The translations under genes were made by a program, and so were the position numbers. Shown here piece after piece: positions 38,613 through 49,484 of a stretch of 64,000 nt of DNA. The stretch covers positions 2,957,617 to 3,021,616 of the forward strand of contig OY843749.1 in the NCBI GenBank assembly GCA_963693025.1, in the 5' to 3' direction. Under the pieces are notes generated by a model. The model made no database searches and was not told the DNA's origin. It saw only the letters and a program-made list of their open reading frames with translations. Numbering within the stretch: the stretch's first letter is position 1; each line of letters begins with the position of its first letter. This stretch comes from Arenicellales bacterium. Its GTDB lineage: Bacteria; Pseudomonadota; Gammaproteobacteria; Arenicellales; Poriferihabitantaceae.

Positions 38613-39523
38613 TGCGGTCGGCGGCGCGCTTCGCGGTCTGGAGTTACCGCCATCCGAAAGGACTGCTGTTGTTGTTCCTGTTGCCGCCACTGTTGTGGCT
38701 CGGCGTGGTTTATCTCGGTGCGCTGTTTGCGTTGCTGGCGCAGAGTTTTTTCTCCATCGACGAATTCTCCGGCGCCATCGTGCGCGAGTTGACATTCAAG
38801 ACCTACGGCGAATTGCTGAGCGCCGCCAATCTGGATGTCATCGCGCGCACCGTGTTGATGGCTGCCGCGGTCACCATCGCCGCCGCCGTCATCGCCTTCC
38901 CCATCGCCTACTTCGCCGCCCGTTACGCGCGCGGCTACCTGCGCGCGGTGTTCTACATCGGCATCATGCTGCCGTTGTGGTCGAGTTATCTCGTGCGGGT
39001 GTATGCGTGGAAATTGATTCTGGCGAAGGAGGGCATCCTCAACTGGGTGCTCGTCAAGTTGCATCTGACCTGGCTGCTGGAGGCGTTGCTGTCGCTGCCG
39101 ACGCTGGGCGGCTCATCGCTGTCGGTCAGTTACTTCGGCACCTTTCTGGTGTTCGTGTATATCTGGTTGCCGTTCATGATTCTGCCGCTCCAGTCCGCAT
39201 TGGAGCGGGTGCCGCGCTCGGTCACCGAAGCCTCCGCCGACCTCGGCGCGCGCCCGTGGGCGACGCTTCGCCACGTCGTCCTGCCACTGGCGTTGCCCGG
39301 CGCGATTGCCGGCTCCATCTTCACCTTTTCCCTGACGCTCGGCGACTACATCATCCCCGGCATCATCGGCTCATCGCGCCCCTTCATCGGCCAGGTGGTC
39401 TTCCTGCACCAGGGAACCGCCGGCAACATCCCGATGGCGGCGGCGTTTTCCGTGGTGCCGATTGTGGTGATGTTCGTCTACCTCACGCTCGCGCGGCGCG
39501 CCGGGGCGTTCGATGCGCTTTAG
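38609..39523 (+). CDS. ABC transporter permease (PotB-like)
   Basis: ATGA overlap with the ATPase gene. Six TM segments and an EAA-like loop ([18 protein letters not shown]). Confidence 0.85.
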   Translation: MMRSAARFAVWSYRHPKGLLLLFLLPPLLWLGVVYLGALFALLAQSFFSIDEFSGAIVRELTFKTYGELLSAANLDVIARTVLMAAAVTIAAAVIAFPIAYFAARYARGYLRAVFYIGIMLPLWSSYLVRVYAWKLILAKEGILNWVLVKLHLTWLLEALLSLPTLGGSSLSVSYFGTFLVFVYIWLPFMILPLQSALERVPRSVTEASADLGARPWATLRHVVLPLALPGAIAGSIFTFSLTLGDYIIPGIIGSSRPFIGQVVFLHQGTAGNIPMAAAFSVVPIVVMFVYLTLARRAGAFDAL

Positions 39524-40322
39524 GCGCGATCAACGCGTGTCGTTGCCGCTTGCGCTCGCGGCGGGCGCGGGCTTGCTGTTCCTGCTCGCGCCGCTGTGCC
39601 TGATTTTGTTGTATGCGCTGACCACCGAAGACAAGACCTTTCAGTTCCCGCCGCCGGGCTTGACCCTGAAATGGTTCGGCATCGCCTGGGAGCGTCAGGA
39701 CATTCGTGATGCGCTGTTTCTGTCGTTCAAGGTGGCGCTGATTTCCACCGCCATCGCGCTGGTGCTCGGCACGCTGGCGGCGGCGGCGATGTACCGCCAC
39801 CGTTTCTTTGGCCGCGAAAGCATCACCCTGCTCATCATCCTGCCAATCGCCTTGCCCGGCATCGTCACCGGCATCGCGTTGCGCTCGGCGTTCAGCCTGA
39901 TGGAGATTCCGTTCAGCATCTGGACGATTATCCTGGGCCACGCCACCTTCTGCATCGTGGTGGTCTATAACAACGTCATCGCGCGCTTTCGCCGGACGTC
40001 GTATTCGCTCATCGAGGCGTCGATGGATCTCGGCGCCGGCGGCTGGCGGACTTTCTGGCATGTGGTGCTGCCCAACACCGCCACCGCGTTGCTGGTCGGC
40101 GGGTTGCTCGCGTTTGCGCTCAGTTTTGACGAGGTCATCGTCACCACCTTCACCGCGGGTCAACAGACCACGCTGCCGATTTGGATGTTGAGCGAGTTGG
40201 TGCGGCCACGGCAACGGCCCGTGACCAATGTTGTGGCGGTGTTCGTGATTGCGGTAACCTTTGTGCCGATTCTGCTGGCGTATTTTTTGACGCGCGATGC
40301 AGGCGGTGGCGCGGGGAAGTGA
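39513..40322 (+). CDS. ABC transporter permease (PotC-like)
   Basis: Overlaps the previous gene by 11 nt. It is polytopic with the EAA-like loop [17 protein letters not shown]. Confidence 0.85.
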   Translation: MRFRRDQRVSLPLALAAGAGLLFLLAPLCLILLYALTTEDKTFQFPPPGLTLKWFGIAWERQDIRDALFLSFKVALISTAIALVLGTLAAAAMYRHRFFGRESITLLIILPIALPGIVTGIALRSAFSLMEIPFSIWTIILGHATFCIVVVYNNVIARFRRTSYSLIEASMDLGAGGWRTFWHVVLPNTATALLVGGLLAFALSFDEVIVTTFTAGQQTTLPIWMLSELVRPRQRPVTNVVAVFVIAVTFVPILLAYFLTRDAGGGAGK

Positions 40323-40380
40323 GTGGCGCGCATCGAATGGCGTGCGCGCCGCATTGTTGAAACCAACCGGGTGATAAGTG

Positions 40381-41382
40381 ATGACTGAAAGCAAAAAGCA
40401 AAAAGACCACGCGACTATGCTGGACGGGTTGTATTGGTGGGGTATTCCGACTTTGTTTCGGTGTCCGCATAATCCCGACCTCGCGCAGTGCGATATTGGC
40501 TTGGTCGGCGTGCCGCACAGCACCGGTAACGGCACTACCGAGCGCGACCAGCATCTTGGTCCGCGTGCGGTTCGGAATGTTAGTGCGATGGGGCGGCGGG
40601 TGCATATGGAATTTAATATTGACCCGTGGCGGCGTTGTCGTATCAGCGATTTGGGGGATGTGCCGTTGCCGCATGCCAACGACAACGAAAAGTGCATCGA
40701 ACATATCACGCAGTTCTACCGCGACATCGACGCCGCCGGAGTCAAGCCGGTGTCCGTCGGCGGCGACCACTCGGTCACCGGCGGTATCTTGCAAGCGATT
40801 GCCGGCAAGCAAGCGCGGTTGAGCGGCGGCGAAAAAGCGGTGCTGTTGCATTTTGACGCGCACACCGACGCCTATCACAACCTCGACCACTTCCTCGGGG
40901 CGGTCAAGTCGGCGGCGCACTGGGCGAGTTATTTGGTCAGGGACGGACACGTGGACGCGGCGCACAGCGTGCAAGTCGGCATTCGCGGCAACCCGCGCAC
41001 GCTCGACTGGCTGGAGCCGAGCCGCGACCTCGGCTACGAAGTCATTCGCAAGGACGACTTCGACGAGTTGGGCGTTGAGAAGTGCATCGAAATCATTCAC
41101 CAACGCATCGGCGACCGCCCGCTGTATATCACCTTTGATTTGGACTGCCTCGACCCCACCGTGGCGCCGGGGGTTGCCAACATCGAGGCCGGTTGCGAAG
41201 GGTTGCGAATGGCCGATGTGACGCGCATTCTGCAGGCGATGCGCGGGCGCAACATCATCGGCGGCGATGTGGTGTGCCTGATGCCGAGCAAAGATTCGCC
41301 CAATCAAATCACCGCGCTGGTGGCGATGTCGGTGATGTTTGAAATCGTCAGTTTGATTGCCGACGGTGTTGCGGTGGAGTGA
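40381..41382 (+). CDS. arginase-family ureohydrolase (agmatinase / guanidino-acid hydrolase-like)
   Basis: The Mn-site motifs HFDAHTD, GGDHSVT and TFDLDCLDP are present. Confidence 0.8.
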   Translation: MTESKKQKDHATMLDGLYWWGIPTLFRCPHNPDLAQCDIGLVGVPHSTGNGTTERDQHLGPRAVRNVSAMGRRVHMEFNIDPWRRCRISDLGDVPLPHANDNEKCIEHITQFYRDIDAAGVKPVSVGGDHSVTGGILQAIAGKQARLSGGEKAVLLHFDAHTDAYHNLDHFLGAVKSAAHWASYLVRDGHVDAAHSVQVGIRGNPRTLDWLEPSRDLGYEVIRKDDFDELGVEKCIEIIHQRIGDRPLYITFDLDCLDPTVAPGVANIEAGCEGLRMADVTRILQAMRGRNIIGGDVVCLMPSKDSPNQITALVAMSVMFEIVSLIADGVAVE

Positions 41383-41395
41383 CTGCGGCGGCGGT

Positions 41396-42226
41396 TTATT
41401 TTTCCTCGCCGGGTGTTTCGTTTTCGTTTTCGCTTTCGTTAAGGTCGCCGTCATCCGCGCCTTCTTCATACCATTCGGGGTCGAGTAGCGCGTCTTCCTC
41501 GTCCATGTAATACGGCTCCAATTCGTCATCGGTATTGTCATCGTCATACGGTGGCGGGCTCTCCGCCGGCGCCGCCACCGGCAAGCGCCACTGGTCGCCA
41601 ATCACCGGGTCTTCCGAATCGTCATCCTCCCAGTCGTATTTCTCGGCGGGCGGTTGCGGGTCGTGCGCGCGCAGAACAAACGCGCAAGCCGCGCCCGCCA
41701 GCGCGCCGAAGAGGTGATATTCAAACGAGATGCCGGAATCTTCCGGCAGCAATCCAATCAGCATCCCGCTGTAAAGAAACAACACCGCCGTGGAAAACCC
41801 AACCGAGCCGCGGTCTTTACGCAGCATCCCGACCACCAACAGAAAAAACATCATCCCGTACACCAAACCGCTGGCGCCAAGATGATAAGCATCACGCGCA
41901 AACAACCACACACCGACACCCGGCGCAAGATGCAGAAACGGCAACGCAAACTGAGACGCGCGCGGATAGAGAAACAACATCCCCGTTCCCAGCAACAACA
42001 ACGGCAGCGTGTTGGAAATCAAATGCTCAAACGAGCCATGCACCAACGGCGCCAACGGAATTCCAACAAGCCCCGCTATGGTGCGCGGGTAAACTCCGGG
42101 TTTGATTGCGGTTGGCAGGAGCAATGCATCGACGAAGTGGATTAACCACAGTAGCAACGCGAAAGCCGCGGTTAAGAGCGCGGCGTTGCGTAGGGAGATG
42201 GTTTTTGGCGGCGGGTGTGTTGGCAA
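41396..42226 (-). CDS. rhomboid-family intramembrane serine protease with acidic C-terminal tail
   Basis: HGSFEHLISNTLPLLLLG and the catalytic GASGLVYG motif. The TTG start is uncertain. The C-terminal ~90 aa are D/E-rich. Confidence 0.75.
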   Translation of the reverse strand: MPTHPPPKTISLRNAALLTAAFALLLWLIHFVDALLLPTAIKPGVYPRTIAGLVGIPLAPLVHGSFEHLISNTLPLLLLGTGMLFLYPRASQFALPFLHLAPGVGVWLFARDAYHLGASGLVYGMMFFLLVVGMLRKDRGSVGFSTAVLFLYSGMLIGLLPEDSGISFEYHLFGALAGAACAFVLRAHDPQPPAEKYDWEDDDSEDPVIGDQWRLPVAAPAESPPPYDDDNTDDELEPYYMDEEDALLDPEWYEEGADDGDLNESENENETPGEEK

Positions 42227-42296
42227 GGGTTGATGGTTTGTGTGGGAGTTGTGTTGTATTTTGCCATGGTTGGCGTTTACTTAAAAACCACCACTT

Positions 42297-42536
42297 CGTC
42301 ATCGAGAGCGGTAGAAAACAGGGAGCCCCAAACCCCGTCATTCTCGAACGATAGAAAAATAGGGAGCGTCAGCGACCATATTTTTCATCGCCTTCGGGAA
42401 TCTTCCTAAGTCTACCGTGAATTCCAACAAAGCCCGTGCCAGTATTAGGAAGATTCCCGAGGACGCAAGTGTCCGTAAGCCGCCGCTTAAAAGAAGAAGC
42501 GCGGCGACTAACGGACACTAACGCTCGAGAATGACG
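42297..42536. repeat. MITE-like repeat, copy 6 (extra T module plus core 42336-42536, T to S)
   Basis: The architecture matches the other copies. The central hairpin arms read GGGAATCTTCCTAA (42396-42409) and TTAGGAAGATTCCC (42445-42458), a paired C>T/G>A change relative to other copies. Confidence 0.9.
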
Positions 42537-42765
42537 AGTAGTAGGCGCGCGGCGGTGGTAGGATGTGGCGTGTTGGGGTTGGGGGTGGCGCGGCGGTGGT
42601 TGTGGTGGCGCGAAGAAAGAAATACCGCATAGCCGCCAAGCGCCCACAGGTATATAATCCCTCATCAAACCACCGCCGCAACCCGCTTGCTTTTTCGGTG
42701 AACGGACAGCGAACGCCGCGTGTTGTCATACCGGTAATTAAATTTTGTTGAACGCGAACAGCACT

Positions 42766-44379
42766 ATGAAAAAACTAAACATTGCCGACTGGAATAAACT
42801 CGAAGAACGACAACCAACCCACGCATTGGTCTCCAACGTCGACCTGGTCATCATCCGCTACGGCGAATCGGTCTCCGTGTTGTATGGGCGTTGTGCTCAT
42901 CGGGGGGCGTTGATGGCGGATGGTTATATCACCGGCGACAACATCATCTGCGGTTTGCATGGGTGGGATTACCGCTTTGACACGGGTGTCAGCGAATACA
43001 ACAACAGCGAAACCCTGCCCAAGTTCACCGCGTGGATTGAGCAAGGCAAGGTGTGCGTGGATGAGGATGAAATTCTCGACTGGGAGCGCGCGCATCCGCA
43101 GCCTTATCGCCGCGCGTCTTATCAGGGCGCGTATCAAGACCCGGTCGGCACGCCCGATGAGCCGCATGTTAAATTGATTCGCCAACTCGCCGGTTCCGGG
43201 CTGAGCAAGACCGGGCACCACGGGCCGATGGGCGCGATGGGCGTGAGTCGGGAGCAACTGCCGCAGTGGGATGAATTGCAATTCGTCGTCGGGCAACTGG
43301 CGACTATGCCGCGGCTGGACGACGATGCGGTCGGCACCGACCTGGTCATCGGCGCCGCGGCGGCGAAGCCGTTGAAACTCGCCATCCCGTTGTTCGTGTC
43401 GGACATGAGTTTTGGCGCGTTGTCGGAGGAGGCGAAAATCGCGTTGTCCAAAGGCGCGGAACTCGCCGGCACCGGCATTTGCTCCGGCGAGGGCGGCGTG
43501 CTTCCCGAAGAGCAAGCCGCCAACAGCCGCTATTTTTATCAACTGGCGTCGGCGCGCTTCGGGTTTGGCTGGGACAAGGTGAAAAAATGCCAGGCGTTTC
43601 ATTTCAAGGGCGGGCAGGGCGCGAAAACGGGCACCGGCGGGCATCTGCCCGGTGTCAAGGTGCAGGGCAAAATTGCGGAGGTGCGGGGCTTGCAAGCGGG
43701 GCAGCCGGCGATTTCCCCGGCGCGCTTTCCGGACTGGGACAGCGTGGCGCAGATTGCCGATTACGCCGCCGAAGTGCGCGAACAAACCGGCGGAATTCCG
43801 GTCGGCTACAAGTTGTCGGCGCAGCACATTGAGCGGGACATCGACGCCGCGCTGGAGGTCGGCGTGGATTACATCATCTTGGACGGACGCGGCGGCGGCA
43901 CCGGCGCGGCGCCGTTGATATTCAGGGAGAACATCTCAGTGCCGACGATTGCGGCGGTCGCGCGCGCGCGCCGTCATCTCGACCGGTGCGAGCAGAAACA
44001 AGTCGCCTTGATCGCCACCGGCGGGCTCAGAACGCCGGCTGATTTCGCCAAGGCGATGGCGCTCGGCGCCGATGGCGTGGCGCTCTCCAACGCCGCGTTG
44101 CAAGCCATCGGCTGCCTCGGCATGCGCGCCTGCCACACCAACAACTGCCCGGTCGGCATCGCCACGCAGAAAAAAGATTTGCGCGCGCGCCTGATTGTGG
44201 ACGACGCCGCCAAGCGCCTCGACCGCTTCTTTCGCGCCTCGGTCGAGCTCATGCAAATCCTCGCGCGCGCATGCGGACACACGCACTTGAATCAGTTTAC
44301 GCTTTCCGACCTCACCACTTTCAACCGCGACATGGCGTATTTGACCGGTGTCGCTTATGGCGGCGTGGTTTCGTTGTAA
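42766..44379 (+). CDS. Rieske [2Fe-2S] domain fused to glutamate-synthase-related FMN (GltB domain 2-like) protein
   Basis: The N-terminus has CAHRG...x16...CGLHGW (CxH/CxxH). The C-terminal part has FVSDMSFGALS and GEGG...KGGQGAKTGTGGHLPG, typical of the GltS FMN domain. Confidence 0.75.
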   Translation: MKKLNIADWNKLEERQPTHALVSNVDLVIIRYGESVSVLYGRCAHRGALMADGYITGDNIICGLHGWDYRFDTGVSEYNNSETLPKFTAWIEQGKVCVDEDEILDWERAHPQPYRRASYQGAYQDPVGTPDEPHVKLIRQLAGSGLSKTGHHGPMGAMGVSREQLPQWDELQFVVGQLATMPRLDDDAVGTDLVIGAAAAKPLKLAIPLFVSDMSFGALSEEAKIALSKGAELAGTGICSGEGGVLPEEQAANSRYFYQLASARFGFGWDKVKKCQAFHFKGGQGAKTGTGGHLPGVKVQGKIAEVRGLQAGQPAISPARFPDWDSVAQIADYAAEVREQTGGIPVGYKLSAQHIERDIDAALEVGVDYIILDGRGGGTGAAPLIFRENISVPTIAAVARARRHLDRCEQKQVALIATGGLRTPADFAKAMALGADGVALSNAALQAIGCLGMRACHTNNCPVGIATQKKDLRARLIVDDAAKRLDRFFRASVELMQILARACGHTHLNQFTLSDLTTFNRDMAYLTGVAYGGVVSL

Positions 44380-44403
44380 CCGCCCGCCGCGCGACAACCA
44401 ACA

Positions 44404-46413
44404 ATGCCCATGACCCAAACGCACACGCCCGAATTACAATGGCACAAAATCGCCGACCTCGACGAGTTGCCCGAGGGCCGCGTCAAGACCGTAACCGCCG
44501 GCGCCAAGTCGATGGCGTTGACGCATGTCAACGGCGAATACACCGCGATGGACAACCACTGCCCGCATCAGGGCGGACCGCTCGGCGAGGGCTCCATTGA
44601 AGTCGGCAACGATGGCAAATGCTGGTTGCGTTGTCCGTGGCACGGCTGGGATTTTGACCCGCAGACCGGCAAGCCGCCCGGCGGACACGCGGACTCGGGG
44701 CAGACACTCTACGCGCTGGAAACCCGCGAAGACGGCATCTATCTCGGGCTGGAAGTTGAGCCGGAAAAAATCCCGACCATTTCCGATGTGATGGTGGAAA
44801 CCATGGTGAACTGGGGCGTGAAATCCGTGTTCGGCATGGTCGGGCATTCCAACCTGGGGCTCGCCGATGCGTTGCGCGTGCAAGAGGCGAAGGGCAAGGT
44901 CAACTACTACGGCATCCGGCACGAGGGCAGCGCCGCGTTTGCCTGCTCCGGCTACGCCAAAGCATCGGGCAAACCGGCGGCGTGCCTGACCATCGCCGGT
45001 CCCGGCGCAACCAATCTGCTGACCGGGTTGTGGGACGCCAAGGTGGACCGCGCGCCGGTGTTGGCGCTCACCGGTCAGGTCAATGTGCAGGTGTTCGGTC
45101 CCGGCGCGTTTCAGGAAATCGACCTCGCATCGGCGTTTGAATCGGTGGCGGAGTTTAGCCAAACCGTCTTGCACACCAGCAAGCACGGCGAGTTGATGAG
45201 CCTGGCGTGCAAGAACGCCATCGTCAACCGCCTGCCGGCGCATCTGATTTTTCCGGACGACGTGCAGACCATTGAAGCGGGCGCGAATGCCAAGGCGCAG
45301 GCGGGACATCCGCAGGGGCGTCTGGGCAATCCCGCTATCACGCCTTCCGAGGAGTCGGTGGCGCAGGCGGTCGCGCTGCTGGCGCAACATCGCAGACCCA
45401 TCATCATCGCCGGCTATGGCGCCAAGCACGCTATGCGCGAGGTCATTGCGCTGGCGGAAAAACTGGGCGCGCCAATACTCACCACCTTCAAGGGCAAGGG
45501 GCAAATTGCGGACGACCATCCGCTGGCGGCGGGCGTGCTCGGGCGGTCGGGAACGCCGATTGCGAGTTGGTTTATGAATGAATGCGATTTGATTCTGGCG
45601 TTTGGCTCGTCGTTTTCTAATCACACCGGCATCACCGAAAAACGCCCGATTATTCAGGTTGATTTTGAGCAGATGGCGCTCGGTAAATTTCATCCGGTGA
45701 CGCTGCCGGTGTGGGGCGAAATCGCCACCACCGCGCGCTTGCTCGGCGAGCGCATCCGAGTCGCCGGCAAAGTTGAAACCGTCGACCAACGCGATGAAGT
45801 CGCCGAGCGTTGGAAAATTTGGCGCAGCGAAAAACAAAACCGCCGCAGCGACGAGCGCGGCAAAGGCATCAACTCCGCCGTCATCTTCGATGCGTTGACG
45901 CGCTTGCTGCCCGGCGATGCAATCATTGCGGTCGATGTCGGCAACAACACCTATTCATTCGGCCGCTATTTTGAATGCGCGCAGCAGTCGGTGTTGATGT
46001 CGGGCTATCTCGGCTCCATCGGGTTTTCATTCCCCGCCGCGATGGGCGCGTGGGCGGCGACGCGGGATTGCGAAGAATTGCGCGGTCGTCCGGTGGTCTC
46101 AATCAGCGGCGACGGCGGCTTTGGGCAATACCTCGCGGACTTCACCACCGCCGTCAAATACAAAATGAACATCACGCACATCTTGCTGAACAACCACCAG
46201 TTGGGAAAAATTACCAAAGAGCAGCGCGCGGCGGAGTGGCAAGTGTGGCAGACCGCGTTGCATAATCCGAACTTCGCCGCGTATGCAAAGTTATGCGGCG
46301 CGTTTGGCGAGCGCGTGACGCAGCCCGGCAAGTTGGATGAAGCGGTAACGCGCGCGCTCGCCCACGACGGTCCGGCGCTGGTTGAAATTATTTCCGACCC
46401 GGATGCAATATAA
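44404..46413 (+). CDS. Rieske-like [2Fe-2S] domain fused to thiamine-diphosphate-dependent enzyme (acetolactate synthase/pyruvate oxidase-like)
   Basis: The N-terminus has CPHQGGPL...CPWHGW. The remainder has a ThDP-enzyme layout, including GDGGFGQY...NN (a ThDP-binding GDG-x-NN motif). Confidence 0.7.
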   Translation: MPMTQTHTPELQWHKIADLDELPEGRVKTVTAGAKSMALTHVNGEYTAMDNHCPHQGGPLGEGSIEVGNDGKCWLRCPWHGWDFDPQTGKPPGGHADSGQTLYALETREDGIYLGLEVEPEKIPTISDVMVETMVNWGVKSVFGMVGHSNLGLADALRVQEAKGKVNYYGIRHEGSAAFACSGYAKASGKPAACLTIAGPGATNLLTGLWDAKVDRAPVLALTGQVNVQVFGPGAFQEIDLASAFESVAEFSQTVLHTSKHGELMSLACKNAIVNRLPAHLIFPDDVQTIEAGANAKAQAGHPQGRLGNPAITPSEESVAQAVALLAQHRRPIIIAGYGAKHAMREVIALAEKLGAPILTTFKGKGQIADDHPLAAGVLGRSGTPIASWFMNECDLILAFGSSFSNHTGITEKRPIIQVDFEQMALGKFHPVTLPVWGEIATTARLLGERIRVAGKVETVDQRDEVAERWKIWRSEKQNRRSDERGKGINSAVIFDALTRLLPGDAIIAVDVGNNTYSFGRYFECAQQSVLMSGYLGSIGFSFPAAMGAWAATRDCEELRGRPVVSISGDGGFGQYLADFTTAVKYKMNITHILLNNHQLGKITKEQRAAEWQVWQTALHNPNFAAYAKLCGAFGERVTQPGKLDEAVTRALAHDGPALVEIISDPDAI

Positions 46414-46457
46414 ATTGCGGGAACACCCCAAGCGCTAAACGCGCCGCACTTCGAGCG

Positions 46458-47081
46458 ATGAACTACGAAACGATCACCGCCCTGACGGTCTTTGCGCTGG
46501 TCGCCGCCATGACACCGGGTCCCAATACCTTGATGCTGCTGACATCCGGCGCCAACTTCGGATTCAGGCGAAGCCTCCCGCACATGTCGGGCATCCTCGC
46601 CGGGTTTGCCCTCATGGTGGTGTTGGTGGGCATCGGCTTGATGCAGTTATTCAACGCCTTCCCGGTCAGTTATCTCGTGCTAAAGTTTGCCAGCATCGCC
46701 TACCTGTTGTTCCTCGCGTGGAAAATTGCGACCGCCTCCAAACCCGATGACGGCGGCGGTGGCGAGGGCGGCGAAATCGTGCAAGGCAAACCATTCACTT
46801 TCTTACAAGCCGCGCTCTTTCAATGGGTCAATCCCAAAGCCTGGGCGGCTGTGCTCGCCGCCCTCAGCGCCTACACGCCGCCGTCGCGCCCGCTATCCGG
46901 CGTCTTTCTGGTCGCGCTAATTTTCACGCTGGTGAACGTGCTGTCCGCTTGCACCTGGACGGTGGCGGGCGTGCAGGCAAGACGCTTGTTATCCGAGCCG
47001 TTGAAACTGCGCGTCTTCAACGTGACGATGGCGTTGTTGTTGGTCGCCACGCTGTATCCCATTTTGTTTAACCGCATTTGA
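46458..47081 (+). CDS. LysE/RhtB-family amino-acid exporter
   Basis: 207 aa with six hydrophobic helices, an N-terminal TPGPNTLMLLTSG motif and a WVNPKAW motif. Confidence 0.8.
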   Translation: MNYETITALTVFALVAAMTPGPNTLMLLTSGANFGFRRSLPHMSGILAGFALMVVLVGIGLMQLFNAFPVSYLVLKFASIAYLLFLAWKIATASKPDDGGGGEGGEIVQGKPFTFLQAALFQWVNPKAWAAVLAALSAYTPPSRPLSGVFLVALIFTLVNVLSACTWTVAGVQARRLLSEPLKLRVFNVTMALLLVATLYPILFNRI

Positions 47082-47088
47082 GCGCACG

Positions 47089-47408
47089 ATGACCGTCATC
47101 AACTTCATCCTCGCCGACGGCAGCCGCCACGCCGTTGAAGCCACCGACGGCGAAGTGGTCATGCGCGTCGCCGTGCGCAGCGGCTTCTCCGGCATTCTCG
47201 CGGAATGCGGCGGCGCGTGCAGTTGCGCCACCTGCCATGTGCATATCGACCCGTCGTGGGTCGACAAACTGCCGCCCAAAGACGAACTGGAAACCGAGAT
47301 GTTGGACTTTGCCGAAGGCGTGGACGCGACCAGCCGCCTCAGTTGCCAAATCAAAATCACCCCGGCGTTGGATGGTTTAATCGTCCACGTGCCGGAGTCG
47401 CAGTATTG

Positions 47409-47409
<1 letters not shown>
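47089..47409 (+). CDS. [2Fe-2S] ferredoxin, adrenodoxin/putidaredoxin type
   Basis: 106 aa with the cluster ligands in CGGACSCATCHV...SRLSCQI. Confidence 0.85.
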
Positions 47410-49391
<1,982 letters not shown>

Positions 49392-49484
49392 TAGTGCTAA
49401 AATTGCCGTTTGGCGATGCCAATTTTAGTGGTTTATCGAGCCGCCAAAAGCGTTATAGTGCTATCTCTAATATCGGATGACATA

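Noticed and set aside
42545-42610. G-rich tract (GGTGGTAGGATGTGGCGTGTTGGGGTTGGGGGTGGCGCGGCGGTGGTTGTGGTGG) as a G-quadruplex.
   Set aside because: It has only two runs of three or more G. The rest are GG doublets, which is not beyond expectation in this GC-rich genome.
49392-49484. Direct repeats (att-like) flanking island 2. The left junction was compared with 56059-56217. For island 1, TTTTATCCGGCGATGG at ~18590 was compared with TTTTATTTGGCGCGATACGG at ~20600.
   Set aside because: Only 7-9-nt or imperfect matches were found by eye, and these are not distinguishable from chance. A proper alignment is needed before claiming target-site duplications.
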